64,000 nucleotides of DNA, from positions 62,001-126,000 of the forward strand of contig JAUFOQ010000018.1 of NCBI GenBank assembly GCA_040285855.1, written 5' to 3'. Under the pieces are notes generated by a model that saw only the letters and a list, made by a program, of their open reading frames with translations, was not told the DNA's origin and did not search any database. A program made the translations under genes and the position numbers. This DNA is from Eukaryota sp. GEM-RC1. Lineage: Eukaryota. Shown piece by piece: positions 62,930 through 64,000 of the stretch. The stretch's first letter is position 1; the number at the start of each line of letters is the position of its first letter.

Positions 62930-64000
62930 AACACCTCGGTGACTATCTTTCCACATCTATCAGATCAATTTGAGAGAAACAACACTGTCCATGATTTAGT
63001 AGTTATATATACAAAAGCGTACATAATTTATACAGTAACCTCTCAGGAATCCCTTTTTGATGCAATTACACTGGTCAAAACGTTTATTCTCAAAAGAAAA
63101 TTAGTCTCAAATGATAAGGTTTCGACGTTATAGAGATACAATGCGATGAAGATTATTGATAGAGAAGATCGCACCAAAAGGAGACATTTAACATCAATAG
63201 AGGTGGGGAGTTGCCAAGAGAAGACATTCTCCTCCCCCTCCAATTTCTTCTTGGAAAAGAAGAATAAGTGCACAACCTCTCCGTTGCCCTTCCGTAGAAC
63301 CTCTTGTTTCGCTTTAACGCTTAGAATGTGACATTTCCTACCCTTCTTGCTCTTGAAAGGCGATGACAAGATCCAAATACCTAAGATATACTCCCATAAC
63401 TAAAGGGGATTGAGGGGGGTTGTGTTTGCTCGCTCTTTCTTCCATCAAATCTTCTTCTTCTTCTCTCTTGCTTCGTGTTCGATCTCCAACAATCATCCTT
63501 TCCATGTGTTCCTTGCTTTTCGTTTCTAATGCTTCTGTTCTGATCCAAGAATGTCTTCCCCTTTCCCAGTATCTCTCTCATATTCCCAATCTCCATGATC
63601 TTTTCTAACAATCAAATGACTGAGAATCACGTGATGGTCTCTCCTGCTTCTTGTTGGAACAAATCCCTGTTCGTTGTTCATTTGTCGCTCTTCCTCTACC
63701 TCCTTCTATTCTATCATCATCTCTTTACTTCCCCCGTTTGAGAGATATTCTCTTGTTAAGAGATATTTGTAAGTCTTTGGTTCTCCTCCACAAAGGTATC
63801 TCTCCACTGCTCTCGCCATGATCTCTTCTAGCAATCACTTGATCATCAAATCACGTGATTGTTTATGAGTCAATACGTATAGTTTGGAACCTACCTAAAC
63901 TAATCTTTGGATAATACGGGTTCTTCCTAAAACATTGTTGCTCAGAGCAGGACAAGAATTGAAATTCTTAAACAATTTAAACCACTTTTGGAAATTATTT
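62930..64000 (-). repeat. Unclassified dispersed repeat, copy F (runs off the window)
   Basis: Matches copy C (inverted) and 55530-56285 of copy E. Confidence 0.8.

Noticed and set aside
1..64000. tRNA, rRNA, SL RNA or telomeric repeats
   Set aside because: None recognised by eye; a covariance-model scan would be needed to exclude them.

Overview
Eukaryotic, AT-rich, apparently intron-poor DNA in the standard genetic code, most likely from a protist. The window is dominated by transposable-element debris and duplications. Host-type genes are few: an intact short exosome subunit CSL4, RI-like LRR genes, an unknown helical protein at the left edge, two related SET-domain ORFs, and degraded B-box and DEAH-helicase genes. 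Mobile elements: (1) a TA-flanked 2.5-kb IS630/Tc1 (DD34E) element that carries a second, convergent ORF, plus a diverged remnant with the same two-gene layout; (2) a head-to-tail array of a 963-bp gag-only LTR element with shared 130-bp LTRs; (3) a complete 2000-bp hAT with 16-bp TIRs, an 8-bp TSD and its empty site in a neighbouring duplicate; (4) a pogo/DDE_1 deletion derivative; (5) a Ty3/gypsy pol with a long insert between RNase H and integrase; (6) about ten CRE-like RT/RLE non-LTR fragments, and MULE and hAT remnants. An unclassified ~2-2.6-kb repeat with 49-bp inverted repeats occurs six times. There is also a ~7-kb inverted duplication and a 1673-bp tandem duplication. Several frameshifts fall in homopolymer runs and may be sequencing errors. 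All calls were made by eye from motifs; no database searches were run.
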